NCBI GenBank assembly: GCA_043228905.1
Contig: JBHGNT010000016.1
Location: 16,492,001-16,556,000 of the forward strand
Direction of reading: 5' to 3'
Origin: Azolla caroliniana
Taxonomy: Eukaryota; Plantae; Polypodiophyta
DNA length: 64,000 nt
The position numbers and the translations under genes are program-made. Positions 1 to 13,300 of the stretch are shown here, piece after piece. Each line of letters begins with the position of its first letter. Positions within the stretch are counted from its first letter, which is position 1. The notes under the pieces are model-generated. The model ran no database searches. It was not told the DNA's origin and saw only the letters and a program-made list of their open reading frames with translations.

Positions 1-603
1 CCTTGGCAGACAACATCGAATGGGACATTGCCAATGTGCCAAATTGGATGTGTAGTGTCTTCTTTGGTTTCGACATAGCCGGATCGATCCAGATCTTGAA
101 GGTTTCAGAACCATTCTTGATGATATGTCATATGGTTCGAAGCATCCGAGTCGATGAAACATACATCTTCCAGACTGGAGGTACTAGTTGAAGTAAAAGC
201 CGACATAAAATTTTCTCTATGTCTCATTACGAACATTCTGCCATGGTCGTCATAGTCGGAGTTGGTGAGTTGTCGGCTTGCTTCTTCTTCGACACTCTTC
301 TTGATGGTCGCTAATATTGCCACAATAGTTACAGCTAAGTGGCATTGTTTGTCGAACTTGTTTGGCATGGAAGCTCCCCTTTCTTCTGAAGGTTCCTTGA
401 TGGCTTCCCTCTTGTTGGCTGAATCTACCTCGTCTTGCTCAGTCGCGTCCTCTTCCTCCGTCCGAATGTGTGTAGAGCATGTTGCCTTCCGAGGCATTTC
501 TCTTCGTTCAAACATGATTTTCTTCAACCAATAGCTTTGATTGAAGATCGACGGAGGGAGGATTCTCCCTTGCTAGAACGACGGTCCTCATTGTGCTGAA
601 CTA
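1..603 (-). pseudogene. Ty1/Copia (family A) gag C-terminus and protease remnant, running off the left edge
   Basis: Minus-strand translation gives gag-like ARENPPSVDLQSKLLVEE and the protease motif CFIDSDASNHMT; frames are broken; cut at 604 by an LTR. Confidence 0.75.
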
Positions 604-994
604 TGAAAGTTAATATGCGGAAGCTTGAGACAAAACCGGCTCTACTGGGTAGCAACAGAATATTGAGAAGAAAGGTTTATAGGTTTAATGGAGGCCTTAC
701 ACGGGAGAGACAGAAAGAGCAGAAAGCATAAAACTAATTCAAGATAACAACTCTTTGTACATAGAATGTGCTCAGAGAGGAATTTTATACAAGTCCATAA
801 AAGACTGACATGTACTTCAATGCTCATACAAGCGACTCACACCGACTCCCAAAAATATTCCTACGTACTAGGCTAGATCCGTAGGCCTCTAACGGACTAC
901 TGGTTTCAATCCGATCCAGCTCCTGGTTCTGGATACCGATCCGGCTCTGCCTTATTTAACCGATCTGGATCCGGTTGAGCTTGATTGCTCAACA
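604..994 (-). repeat. 3' LTR of Copia A1
   Basis: Starts TGTTG after the PPT; aligns with LTRs at 50331-50736 and 53998-54440; left end approximate. Confidence 0.75.
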
Positions 995-2402
995 CTCTCC
1001 CTCAAGCTCAACTTGAGGTCGGATCGTGGTGTTAGTATCTATGGTAGCCAGTTCTTCCGTCTGATTCCTTTTGGCATCCTCCCGCCTCGCTCCTCGACCT
1101 TCTTGGTCGACATGTCTGCTCAACAGGCCCTTCTCAGCTTTCTTGTTGTTGTGACTCTAGCGCTTGTCGACCCTCCTATTCCTCCATGTTGGCATCAACT
1201 TCCGTTGCCTTCTCGTTTGCTTGGCCTTTAGTTGATCTGAATCATCCGAATCAAAGTGTTGAACCGAATCAGATGCCTCCGATTCGTTCTAGATCTTGTC
1301 CAAGTTGGTCGTCTCCAACTCGTCTTCCATTTTTAGGCCTTTAACAACATCGGACCATGACCGAGTCTTGGCCTTCTCCATCCGATCAGCTCTATCCTTT
1401 TTGACTCTACTGCCCCCACCACTTGTTTCGACTTGTTCGGATATGTCGACTCTTCCAGTAGACTCGGCTTCCTTTTTCTTCTTATCTCCCCCTGTTTTGG
1501 TTCGTTCCTCTTTCTCTCCGGATCCTTTTCAAATGCCATTGCTTGTTTCCATTCCCGTTCTCCCCATCATGTGCAGCATGTCGAGTTGCTAAATCTCAAG
1601 CATCTCCGAAAAGTGCTGCAACTTTTCTGATTCGAGCGGCTTGGTAAAGATGTCATCAACCTGCCGATCCGTGTGAACATACCGAAGTTCAACTTCACCA
1701 CTCAGGACCCACTCATGGGCAAAGTGATAATGTAGTTCTATGTGCTTTGTCGGAGCATGGAATACAGGGTTCTTAGCGAGTTGTATGTTGCTTACATTGT
1801 CGCAATAGATCAAGATCAGGGTCGGCACCTCGATCCGAAGGTCTCACAGCAGTCCCCAAAGATAGACGGCTTCATAGGTGGCAATGGTAGCGCCCCGGTA
1901 TTCAGCCTCAGTGCTCGAAAGAGCCATTATTGGCTTCTTTTTGCTGCTCCATGCAATAGCCGCGTTACCAAGAGAGAACATATAATTGGACGTGGATCAA
2001 CGATCTGATGCATCACCGGCCTTGTCGGCATCCATTTATCCGACTAGCGTTTCAGCTATACCATTCCCGTAAAATAACCCCTTATCTTTAGTGTTGGTAA
2101 CGTATCGGACCGTCCAAACTTTTCTGGATCAACAACGAAGAGTCGTACTTTGAGCACACAAACCCCATCTTACGCAACCGCTATGTGATTTTCACATTCA
2201 AGCTCAAGGGGCTTACTTCAGGCCGTAAAGCAACTTTTTGAGTTGGCACACTATCGACTTGTTCATCTCCGATTGAAAACCGGGGGGTTGGATCATATAG
2301 ACCTGTTTTTCAAGATCACCTTGATGAAACGTATTCTTCACATCCATCTGATGAAGATGCCACCTCCTTGCCGCAACAACCGCCAGCACCACACAAACCA
2401 TC
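604..2402 (-). mobile_element. Copia family A copy A1, 3' part: RT remnant, RNase H, basic tail, PPT, 3' LTR
   Basis: WHLHQMDVKN...LYGLK (2213-2400); YCDNVSNIQLAKNPVFHAPTKHIE (1589-1828); PPT GAGGGAGAG next to TGTTG at 994; internal RT deletion near 2110-2170. Confidence 0.85.
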
Positions 2403-3274
2403 TGTTGAGAAATCGTTTCGGAATTTAAATCACAATGAACAGACAATAGTGAAATACGAATCACAAAAGAAAAACAAGATAGACAACTATGCACAGAGAT
2501 TTATGTCGAAACCCTAAAACAGGAGAAAACAACGGGAATAGATCTTCACCATGAATAGTGGATATACAACACTGAGAGGGTTACAACACTCTGTCGTGTA
2601 TCAGCCACGCAGGGCTCTTCACATCTGTTGTTACTCACACAGCTATGGCGCGGCACACACTTCTATCTCACGCTCACAGTTATGTTCTCTTCTATTCTAC
2701 ATCTTATATTTTGACCTAGTTGCATATGTACTTACACAACTTTCTGGCTATTTACATACCTAGCCCTCATGTGGCGCACATTGAGACTATTTACAAGTAT
2801 AGTCTTCCGAGTTGGCTATATACACGATTCGTGTTAGTATCTATGGTAGCCGGTTCTTCCATCCGATTCCTTTTGGCATCCTCCCACCTCGCTCGCGCTG
2901 CTCGTCCAGTCCATTTGTTCCTTCCACAACTTGTTTGGTTCTGCGCTCCTCGACCTTCTTGGTCGACATGTCTGCTCAACAGGCCCTTCTCAGCGTCCTT
3001 GCTATTGTGACTTTGGCGCTTGTCGACCCTCCTGTTCCTCCATGAGTTTAGGGTTTGGGGTTTACAATTACAGTCTCCCGAGTTGGCTATTTACAATTAT
3101 AGTCCCTCATCAACTCGGCTCCTCTCTCTCCCCATCCGGAGTGACCTGTTTCCTAACATCATCATTATTATTACCATAATAATAATAACAGTCGAATCAC
3201 TGTTTTCGACCCTTTGACAATCGTCTTTCCAAACAGTCGGCTCTTCCTCCCACTGGAGGGACATATTCCCAACA
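2403..3274 (-). repeat. 3' LTR of Copia B1, carrying a captured family-A fragment
   Basis: TG...CA ends; begins TGTTGGGAATATGTCCCTCCAGTGGG like the LTR at 41174. Confidence 0.8.
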
Positions 3275-5389
3275 AACTCCCCCTTCACACCTGTGGGAGG
3301 AAATCTGTCAGTCCTGTATTCTGTCGATTGACTCTGAGTCTGTCCGTAGGTAGGTTCTTTGTTAGCATGTCGGATCCATTATCATCAGTATGGATCTTCA
3401 CAAGAGCAAACTCTCCATCTTCGACTCTCTCCCGCAACCAGTGATACCTTCTCTGTATGTGCTTGGTCCAGGAGTGGTATGTCGTGTTCTTGGCTAGGTG
3501 TATGGCACTTTGGCTGTCATAGTGAAGCAAGAACTCCTTTTTCTTCATGCCTAGTTCAGTGAGAAAATTTCTCATCCAGATCAACTCTTTTCCGGCTTCT
3601 ACCGCTGCCATATACTCTGCCTTTGTAGTCGATAAAGCTATAGACTTCCATAGTCGTGATTGCCACGACACTCCTCCCCTTGAATAGGTCATCACATACC
3701 CTGAGATGGATCGGCTTGAGTCGACATCTCCTAACATGTTCAAATCGGTAAAACCTTCCAACACAGGTTTTCCGAGGTGCCTTTCAGGTACCTGAGTATC
3801 CACTTCATTGTTGCCTAGTGCTCTCTGCTTGGATTACTCATATATCGGCTTACTACTCCTATAGCAAATGCTATGTCCGATCTCATACAGACCATAGCAT
3901 ACATTAGACTGCCAACGGCCGAGGCATATGGTACCTTCCTCATCTTGGCCTTCTCCTTCTCCCCTCTCGGGCACTGCTTCGCATTTAACCTGTAGTTTGT
4001 CAGTAACACTGAGCCAACCGGCTTTGCGTCCAACATGTTGAATCTCTCTAAGATCTTCGTCACATACTTCTTTTGTGACAACCACAACACCTTTTGAGTT
4101 CTGTCTCGAACTATGTGCATTCCTAGGATTTGCTTTGCCGGTCCAAGGTCTTTCATGGCAAATGATTTGCCGAGAGCTTTCTTCAAGCTGCCAATCTTCC
4201 TTGTGTCTTGACCAACTATCAACATGTCATCAACATATAATAAGAGAATCAAGAAGTCTCCTTCTTCATACCTTTTTACGAACACACAGTTATCAGCCTG
4301 TGTTTTTTGGAACCGGTGTTCCATCATGAAGGACTCGAACTTCTTGTACCATTGGCGTGGTGCTTGTTTTAGTCCGTAAAAGCTTTCCCTCAGTCGACAC
4401 ACCAGATTCTCTTTCCCTTTCTCCTCAAAGCCTCGGGCTGCTGCATGTAGATCTCTTCCTCTAGCTCCCTATGCAGAAATGCGGTTTTTACATCCAACTA
4501 TTCGATCTCCAGGTCCATACTGGCTGCTATGCTAAGAATAATTCGTATGGATGTCATCTTCAAAACTGGTGCGAATATTTCGTCAAAGTCGATGCCCTTC
4601 CTCTGTTGGAAACCCTTTACCACTATGCAGGCTTTTTACCTGGGCTCGCTATCGACTTCCCCAGTCTTCACCTTGTAGACCCATTTATTCATGAGTGCTC
4701 TCTTACCTTTCGACAGCTCTACTAGGTCGTAGGTGTAATTTGCGTGCAAGGATTCTATCTCCTCTTGCATCGCGTTCAACCATTTTTCTCTGCTCTCGTC
4801 GGCCATGGCTTCTTTATAGCGCTCCGATTCACCGTCATCAGTCAAGAGGATGTATTAACTGGCATATGTAGTTGGTGCTTTCCTTTCTCTGAGTGGGTAT
4901 CTTCTTCCACTCATTGTTGGCTCTCTTTCGGATGTCTCCACCAACTCTTCCCTCGGCTCGGGATTCTGCTCATCAATTGACATCTCCAGGTTGGAAAATT
5001 CCAACTCATATTCCTCAATTGATTTCAGCAGATCTGCCGACTCTGACTCATGGTCTATCGGTTTGACTCGTGATCTTCTTACCGTTGCCGGTGACAACAC
5101 ATTTAGCCTTAAGTCGATGGTAGTCGAGGTTGACTAGGGAGTCGGTTCCAACTTCTGTTGCTTCCAGTCTTCAATTGTCTTATCTTCAAGAAAGACGATG
5201 TCCCGACTTCTCAGTACCTTCTTGTTGACTATGTCCCACAACCTATAGCCAAATTCATGTCCCGAGTATCCCATGAATATGCATGCTTTCGACTTGCTGT
5301 CGAGCTTTGACCTGTGATCCTTTGGTACATGCATATATGCCAAACATCCAAACACCCTCAGGTGTTGGTAGGAGACATCCTTCCCTATC
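2403..5389 (-). mobile_element. Copia family B copy B1, 5'-truncated (INT C-terminus, RT, RNase H, 3' LTR), inserted in the RT of A1
   Basis: HLRVFGCLAY...GYRLWD (5134-5389), LLLYVDDML (3815-4402), RNase H (3285-3803), PPT GAAGGGGGAG next to the LTR; several stops and frameshifts. Confidence 0.88.
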
Positions 5390-7276
5390 ACAAGTGGATC
5401 AATAGAGCAGATATACCCAGAGGGGGTATTGGAGTTAGAATGGAAAATCCTTAATAGAAAGGCGGTGGCCACCATCTGACAGTGTGTCGATGTAATTGTC
5501 CTTCAACAGGTGGTGAACAACATGAATGCCCATGAGATGTGGCAAAAGCTATCAGGTCTGTACGAGATGAAGAACAACCTCAATAAAGCCTCATTGATGA
5601 GAAAGATCATAAGGCTGAAATACAGAGATGGTGAGAGCATCGTCGAACACATCAGCACATTCATGGGTTATGTAAATCAACTGGCTACAAGAAAGTTTCC
5701 CCTGGATGATGCAATGCAGGCCATCCTGCTGTTGTGTACCCTGTCGGATAGCTAGGAGAATCTAGTGGTGACTCTCAGCGCCTTGTGTCAAGAGGAGAAC
5801 TTGTCTCTTCAAGCCGTGAAGACAAGTATCTTGAAGGAGGAGACAAGGAGGAAGTACAAGGGTGTCCTATCTCAAACAAATGCGAATGTGACACAACATT
5901 CGGACAGAGGAACGAACCGGTGAAGAAGTCCACAACGAATGGACAAATCCCACGCTAGATCAAAGTCCAGAGGTAAGCAAACATGTTATTATTGTGGAAA
6001 TCCTGGGCATTTCCTGAAGGACTGCGGACACATGAGGAAGGGTAGAGGTGTCGGTAATGGTGTTGAACCTAGGAAGATTCCTGATGAAATGAACACTTCG
6101 GCCATTGCTACGAGCATTGAAGAACTTCTGTTCATCTGTGAACAGACAAGTGCAATTCTTGTAAGTGAAGAATGCACTTGGGTGATCGACTCTAGGACAT
6201 CTTTCCATATAACTCCGTTGAGAGAGTATTTCTCGGCTTATATAGATGGGGACCATGGCTATGTAAAGACGGGTGACAATGGGGACTGCAAAATAGTTGG
6301 AGTCGGAAGTGTCTTCTTGACAACGTCAACAAGGTGTCGGCTAACTCTGAAGGATGTTCGACACATCCCCAATATTAGATTAAATCTGATATTGATTCGA
6401 AGACTGCATGATGAAGGCTATAGTGGTAGCTTTCGAAATGGCAAGTGGAAGTTTTGCGAAGGAATTTTCATAGTGACCCGAGCACACAAAGAAGGCACAT
6501 TGTATATGATGCATGCCCGGCTGTGCAAGTCGGAAGTGAATGTGGTAGCCAACTCGAATGGAGAGATATGGCATAAGTGGCTAGGCCACATGAGTGAGAA
6601 GGGACTGCATATGTTAGCTGACCAAAAACTTCTTCCAGAAGTCAAGGGAGTGCACCTATAGAAATGCGTCGACTGCTTAGTTGGAAAGCAGAACAGAGCA
6701 GCATTCCACACAAGACCACCAAGAAGAAGAGAAGCACCACTGCAAGTAGTGCACACCGATGTATGCTATGTAGATGCTCCATCGCATCATAGTGGACAGT
6801 ACTTTGTGACGTTCATTGACGACTATAGTCGGAAGACATGGACCTTCGCACTGAAGTCCAAAGACTAAGTACTGTTGTTTTTCAAGGAGTTCCAGGCAAG
6901 AGTCGAACGAGAGTCGCGTCGGAAGTTGAAGGTTGTCCAAACCGACAATGGTGACGAGTATAAAGGGAAATTCGAGGAATACTGCAAGCACCAAGGTATT
7001 CGGATTGAATACACAATGCCAAAGACCCCTGAGCTGAACGAACTTGCAGAGAGGATGAATTGAACAATCATGGAACAAGTAAGGAGCATGTTGTCACATG
7101 CTAAACTGCCAAAGATATACTGGGTTGAGGCGATGTACACAGTCGTTTATCTGATCAACAGGTCTCCCTCAGTGCCATTGAAAGGTGATGTCCCACAAAG
7201 TGTGTGGACAGGAAAGGATGTCTCCTATCAACACCTGAGGGTGTTTGAATGTCTGGGGTATATGCATGTACCGAAG

Positions 7277-7700
7277 TTTTTAGAGACAAGCTCAGCATTG
7301 GGTGCATAAACGGGTGCACAACCCAGTACATAGACTGGGTGCGTAAAACCATACGCAAAATATGGTCGTGGCGGTGTTTAAACCGAAAGGACGTTAGAAC
7401 ATTATTCCTCATAAGGAATAGTTTTGGGAGTTAGTGTAGAAGGCTCATTTATGAGTGGTCAAGTATTGTCAGTACTTGTGTCAGCCCAATAGTCAGGGCT
7501 TGTATAAAAGGAGCTCACTGAGCATGAAACATGTACAGAGAACATACAAAGAATTATTTTTTAATATAGTTTGGTGTTTCTGCTGTCTGTGTCTGCCCCT
7601 CTCTTTTTCTGTGATTTTTGCATTTTACCGAATTATCTTACTTCCGAACGGTGCATTCTGTGTTCTTATGCATACGCTTCCACACACGTATTCTTTTATA
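7277..7700 (+). repeat. 5' LTR of Copia A2
   Basis: Direct repeat of 17257-17678; termini mutated (TT..TA); followed immediately by the PBS. Confidence 0.9.
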
Positions 7701-7712
7701 TGGTATCAGAGC
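7701..7712 (+). promoter_or_regulatory. Primer binding site, tRNA-iMet
   Basis: TGGTATCAGAGC, the complement of the plant initiator tRNA-Met 3' end. Confidence 0.92.
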
Positions 7713-9954
7713 GCGAGGGTTGAGACTCCTCTGCAGCCGACATAAAAAACCTGTTATAAAGACAAAGTTAAGTTGTTGTTTTCGGAAAGGATAAGATAGC
7801 AATATGGACAGAGGAATGGGAAGCTCGTTACCGATTGAGATGCTCGATAGAAGCAACTAGTACGCACACCAATAGCAAGATGTTGTACATGGAGGGAGAT
7901 AGGCCCCATAGTCGTGGCGGACGAGGCGGATCGGCGTGCAATGGAGGCGACCGAAAAGAGCAAAACATGCAGCATAATTGAAATGGCGGAGTCAATTCCG
8001 AACCCATTTGAAGCAGGGGGAGTCATAGTTCCTCTCAGCCATGTCGGGCAGAAAGGGAAACTTATGAACGTGTTGCACGTCCCGACAATAACCAAGAACT
8101 TGGTGTCAATCGGTCAGATCATCAACCAGGGGATGCAAGTTCGATTCACGCACCTTGGGTGCTACATCGAAGAGGAAGGCCAAGTTATCGCGCAAGGGCG
8201 TTGTGAAGGGAGGATGTTCATCCTCGACACCGATCAAGCTAGAACAGCATTGTTCGCTAGAGGACAAAAGCTCGAGTCAGACATCGACCTGTGGCACAAG
8301 CGGTTCGGCCATGTTAACTTCCCACGGCTTCGTGAAATGCAGACAAAGAATATTGTTTTCGATTTGCCGAAATTTCGGGGCCGTAATGGCCAAGTCTGTG
8401 AAGCCTCCCAACTTGGGAAGCAGCACTGACTTCCATTCCCCAATAAGCGTAATCATAGTCGAAATCCACTGGATTGGATCCACTTGGATGTGCTGGAACC
8501 GGCACAGAACGTGAGTCTCGGTGGAAGCCGTTACTTCATAACCTTCATCGATGACTTCACTCAGCACACCTAGGCATGCTTGATCGCAAAAAAGAGCGAA
8601 CTCTTCACGTGGTTCCTGAAGGTGAAGAACCTTGCAGAAAGGGAAACTGGATGAAAGCTCAAGTGCCTATGATCAGATGGCGACCAGTTCACGAGTTAAC
8701 TACAGAAGGAGGGAATTCGACGCGAATTTTCATGTAGATATATGCCGGAGCAGAACGGCGTAGCAAAGCGGAAGAATCGGACGATCGAAGAAGCTACCAA
8801 GGCAATGCTTGAAGAGAAGCATATGCCGAAGTTATATTGGGCTGAAGTCGTAAGGACGGTTGTTTACTTGCAAATTTGGACTTCTGCTAATGGAGGTGTG
8901 TCGCCAAATGAGTTGTATTATGGCAAGACACCAAACTTGGCACACTTGAGGATTTTCGGCAGCATCGCGTACATGCATGTGCCAAAGGAGAAACAGAGGA
9001 AGTTGGACGCCAAATCCGAAAAGTGCATATTAGTCGGCTATTCAGACGAACAAAAGGAGTATAAGTGCTATAACCCTAGAACGAAGGAAGTTCGTGTAAA
9101 CCGAGATGTCGTGTTCGATGATTCCACTTCGTGGTACTTGCCTTCGCCTCCAATCCCTGATCAATCCATTCCGAATTTTGAAGAAGAGGTTAGCAATGCC
9201 GAGCTACCTCTACGTGATGAGGAAATCGGAGCTCTGTCAAAGAGTCCGATCTCATTTCAACTAAGCGGGCCTAATGAGGGGTTGAGCCGAGATGGCCAAC
9301 CAAATGAAGAGTCGGCGAGTGGTGGAGACTCGGCCATGTTGTCCTCGCATAAAGAACCGAGGAGAATTTTTACACGTAAAGGGAAGAAGAAAATGTCCGC
9401 ATACAATTTCGGCAGTGCCGAGTCAGATCGGAGTGAATCTAACGTAGGGCCAATCAAGAAGGAACCTCCGTGAAAGAGGTCGAAATCGACCGAAAAGGTT
9501 GTGAAATCGAATAATCATGAATTATGCCAATCTACTCGCCTGAAGAACCCCATAAAGAGGTACGAGTATAATGATTACATGGCGCACCATTACGCGTACA
9601 TGACACGAGTGGCGGAAGTGCGTGAGCCGGAGAGCTACGTAGAAGCGGCGAAAGATGGAAATTGGCATGCAGTGTTGGAGGAAGAGATACACGCATTAAC
9701 GGACAATGAGACTTGGGACCTAGTTGATGCACTGAAGGGTGTAAATCTGATCAGATGTAGATGGGTGTTTAAAGTGAAATACAACACCGACGGCTCGGAC
9801 GCACGGTGTAGATTACGATGAGACCTTCGCCCCAGTCGCGAAGATGACTACCGTGCAAGTTCTCCTAGCCGTAGCTGCGACGAAGGGGTGGCGTCTACAT
9901 TAGATGGATGTAAAGAATGTGTTCCTGCAAGGTGATCTTGAGGAACAAGGGTAC

Positions 9955-10377
9955 TGTCATGAACAGTACTGAGACAAAGAAGGAATTAGTACTAAACGAA
10001 GGATTAGTACTACGAGAGGTGTGAACTTCTTCGAGAGAAGGGAGAAGTGAGTGAGAGAGAGAGAGAGAGAGAGAGTGAGTGATGATAAGAAAGATATTTA
10101 TTATATGAAGAAAATATACAACGGCGGCTAAAAGGCTTAAGACTGGCGTTGAACCAATTTGGTTCAACATAATGCCTAGTGCCCTCTTTTATAGTGTTTT
10201 CAGGAGTAATCCTAAAGCTTCTAGAATGTTCCAGAGAAATCTGGAATATACACTAATTTCCTATAATAAAATGTACATGAAAATAATATCCTACGTATTA
10301 CAATAGATGGTCTAATGGTCAAGAGCTCGACCCATATAACCCAAGGTCATGGGTTTGAGTCTTGTCATATCATGACA
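9955..10377 (-). repeat. 3' LTR of chromovirus G1
   Basis: Near-identical to 15158-15590 apart from the (GA)n length and a few substitutions. Confidence 0.95.
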
Positions 10378-13300
10378 CTATCCCCCCTTTAAAACGACGA
10401 GTGTCACGAGTCGTCTTGGATTGAGGACCCGGTTTGTGTGGATATTGACGATGGAAGTCTTCAAGAAGAGCACGAGCATTGGTTACATTCTCGATCGGTT
10501 CCCAAGTACGTTCGCTGGGACTATAGCCTAGCCAATCAACTAGATAGTAGAGCTTGTTGCGAACAATCTTGGAATCAAGGATGGCGGCAACCTCGTACTC
10601 CGGCCCATCTTCGAGCTCGATCGGGGGTGGAGGTTGGATAAGACGTTCTGGGATGGTGCTCTCGTGGTAGGGTTCGAAGAGAGAACTATGAAACACCGGA
10701 TGTATCCGAAGTTGTGGAGGTAGATCGAGACGAAAAGTGACATCATTAATCTTTCCAATAATACGGAAAGGACCTAATCGCCGATAATCCAACTTCTCAC
10801 ATGGGCGAGTAGCCACACTCGATCTCCAATATTAAAACTAGATGGAAGTCGATGACGATCCGCGTAGACCTTGTGTGTTTGTTGAGCTTGCTGGAGATGA
10901 GTAGATAAATCCGCTTGTATCTTGCGTAACCGCTCCAAACGATCCTCCGCGCACGGATTTGTGAACACCTCTGGGGTTTCAAGTACACTCCACCGAGGGT
11001 GACATCCCGTATAAGCATAAAATGGCGTAACTTTAGTAGATGCGTGGATAGAGTTGTTATAGGCAAATTCGGCGAAGTGGAGAATATCTGCCCAGTCGTC
11101 CTGATGATAGCTGAGAAAGCACCGCAGATACTGCTCCAACGTTTGATTTGTTCGTTCAGCTTGGCCGTCAGTTTGTAGGTGATAGCCGGAAGAGAGATTA
11201 CAAGTGACCTTGAGCATGTTAAAAAGGTGCTTCCAGAATTTTGACACGAACTGGGGTCCACGGTCGCTGATGATACTATCGGGGAGTCCATGATGCCGAC
11301 ATACTTCACGCATGACAATTTCGGCAGTGTCTTCACTGGAGATCTCCTTAGTACATGGAAAGAAATGAGCCATCTTCGTATATCGATTGACCACCGTTAG
11401 AATCGCATTGAACCCCTTAGAGACTGGAAGATCTATGATGAAGTCTAGAGCAATGGATTGCCACGGCTTGCTTGGAATTGGTAATGGTTCTAATAAACCA
11501 TATGGATGATGCCTTGGCATTTTCGCTCTGCAACATGTATCACAAGTCCGAACAAAATCCTCGACAAATTGTCGCATACAGGGCCACCAGAATGATCATT
11601 GTACTAAATGTAATGTTTTAGTACTACCAAAATGCCCAGCTGTATATGTGTCATGACAGTTTTGTACTACTCGAAGGCGGCAAGAACCATTAGGAACATA
11701 CAAAAGTTCTTTAAAGAAGAGTAATCCATCATGGTATTTGAATTGCCGATAGTTCGTACCTGGTGGTTGCGACTGTGAACACGACGCTCGAGAGGGATCA
11801 ATTTGTGCTAGTATAGCTTGGGCGAACGCATCTGTCTTCAAGTCTTCACGTATGGTATCGATAACGCGGGAATCCATAGGCATGTCAAAGATTTGTGTTG
11901 CTTGTAGTCGTGCCGGTCCCAAGATGACTTGTTTTTGGTTATCGAAAGCTGGCTCGCCGGGACGGGGTGCTAGATACGAACGCCGTGATAATGCATCTGC
12001 CTTCCCTTGGTGCCTCCCCGGACGATATGTAATTTTGAAGTCGAAACGCGTGAGGAAATGGGCCCACCGAGCTTGACGTCGATTCAGCACACGAGCATCC
12101 TGAAAGTAGGCAAGATTCTTGTGGTCACTAAATACGGTGACTGGATGAGAGGATCCCTCCAGAAAATGCCTCCATTGCATAAAAGAATCCACTATTGCCA
12201 ATAGCTCCTTATCATGAATTTCGTAGTTGATTTCGGCGGCATCAAACTTGCATGAGTGAAAAGCCACAGGATGTAGCTTTTCATCATTCCCCTGTTGTGA
12301 CAGAATGCTCCCCAATGCAAAATCCGATGCGTTAGCTTCGATAATGAATGGTTTCTTCGGATCGACATGAGCTAGAATTGGAGCCGATGTAAATGCTTTT
12401 TTAAGACTCTCGAAAGCCATGTCCGTTTCTTCAGACCAGATGAACGGTTGTCCCTTCCTGGTAAGTTGTGTGAGAGGTAGAAAGATCCTTGAGTAATCTT
12501 GTATGAACTTCCGGTAAAAATTGGCAAAGCCTAAGAAGCATTGCACATCCCGTACCGAATGCGGAGTCTGTCATTCTACCACCATTTTGACCTTTGCTGG
12601 GTCCATGGAGATGCCTTCTGACGAAATGATGTAGCCGAGAAATTCCACTTGGTTGCAGCCGAAACTACATTTTTCTAGCTTTGCATACAGACCATGTTCT
12701 CGAAGTCGTTTTAGTACTAATAGTACATGAGAATCATGTTCTTCTTGGGTCTTTGAATAAACCAGTAGATCATCCAAATAGATGATCAAACAATCATCCA
12801 ATAGATCTCGGAATATATCATTAGCCATGTGCTGGAAGACTGCCGGCGCATTAGTGAGGCCGAACGGCATGACAGTATACTCGAAGTGCCCATATCTGGT
12901 GCGAAACGCGATCTTCCATTCGTCTCCTGGTCGGATCCGTACGAGGTTATATGCTCCCCGTAAGTCGATCTTCGTGAAGAACCTGGCACCATTGATCCGT
13001 TCTAAAAGACTTGAGATAAGGGGAAGAGCATACCTATTCCTGATTGTAACCTTATTCAAGCCACGGTAATCTACAACGAGACGAAGCGATCCATCTTTTT
13101 TCTTGACAAAGAAAATGGGCGCACCGGCTGGAGATTTCGAATGCCGAATGAAACCATTTTCCAAATTCTCCTCTATATAGGTCCGAAGGACTTCCAGCTC
13201 GGTTGGTGACAAATTGTAGATCGGTCCCCATGGCGGCTCTTTTCCTGGTTGTAAATCGATGGGGCAATCGTATGGTCGATGATGAGGAAGTGTGTTGGCT

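Noticed and set aside
5134-7275. Single Copia with an internal inversion
   Set aside because: The plus-strand copy has its own INT-RT-RH continuation at 17679 and 39555, so these are two separate copies.
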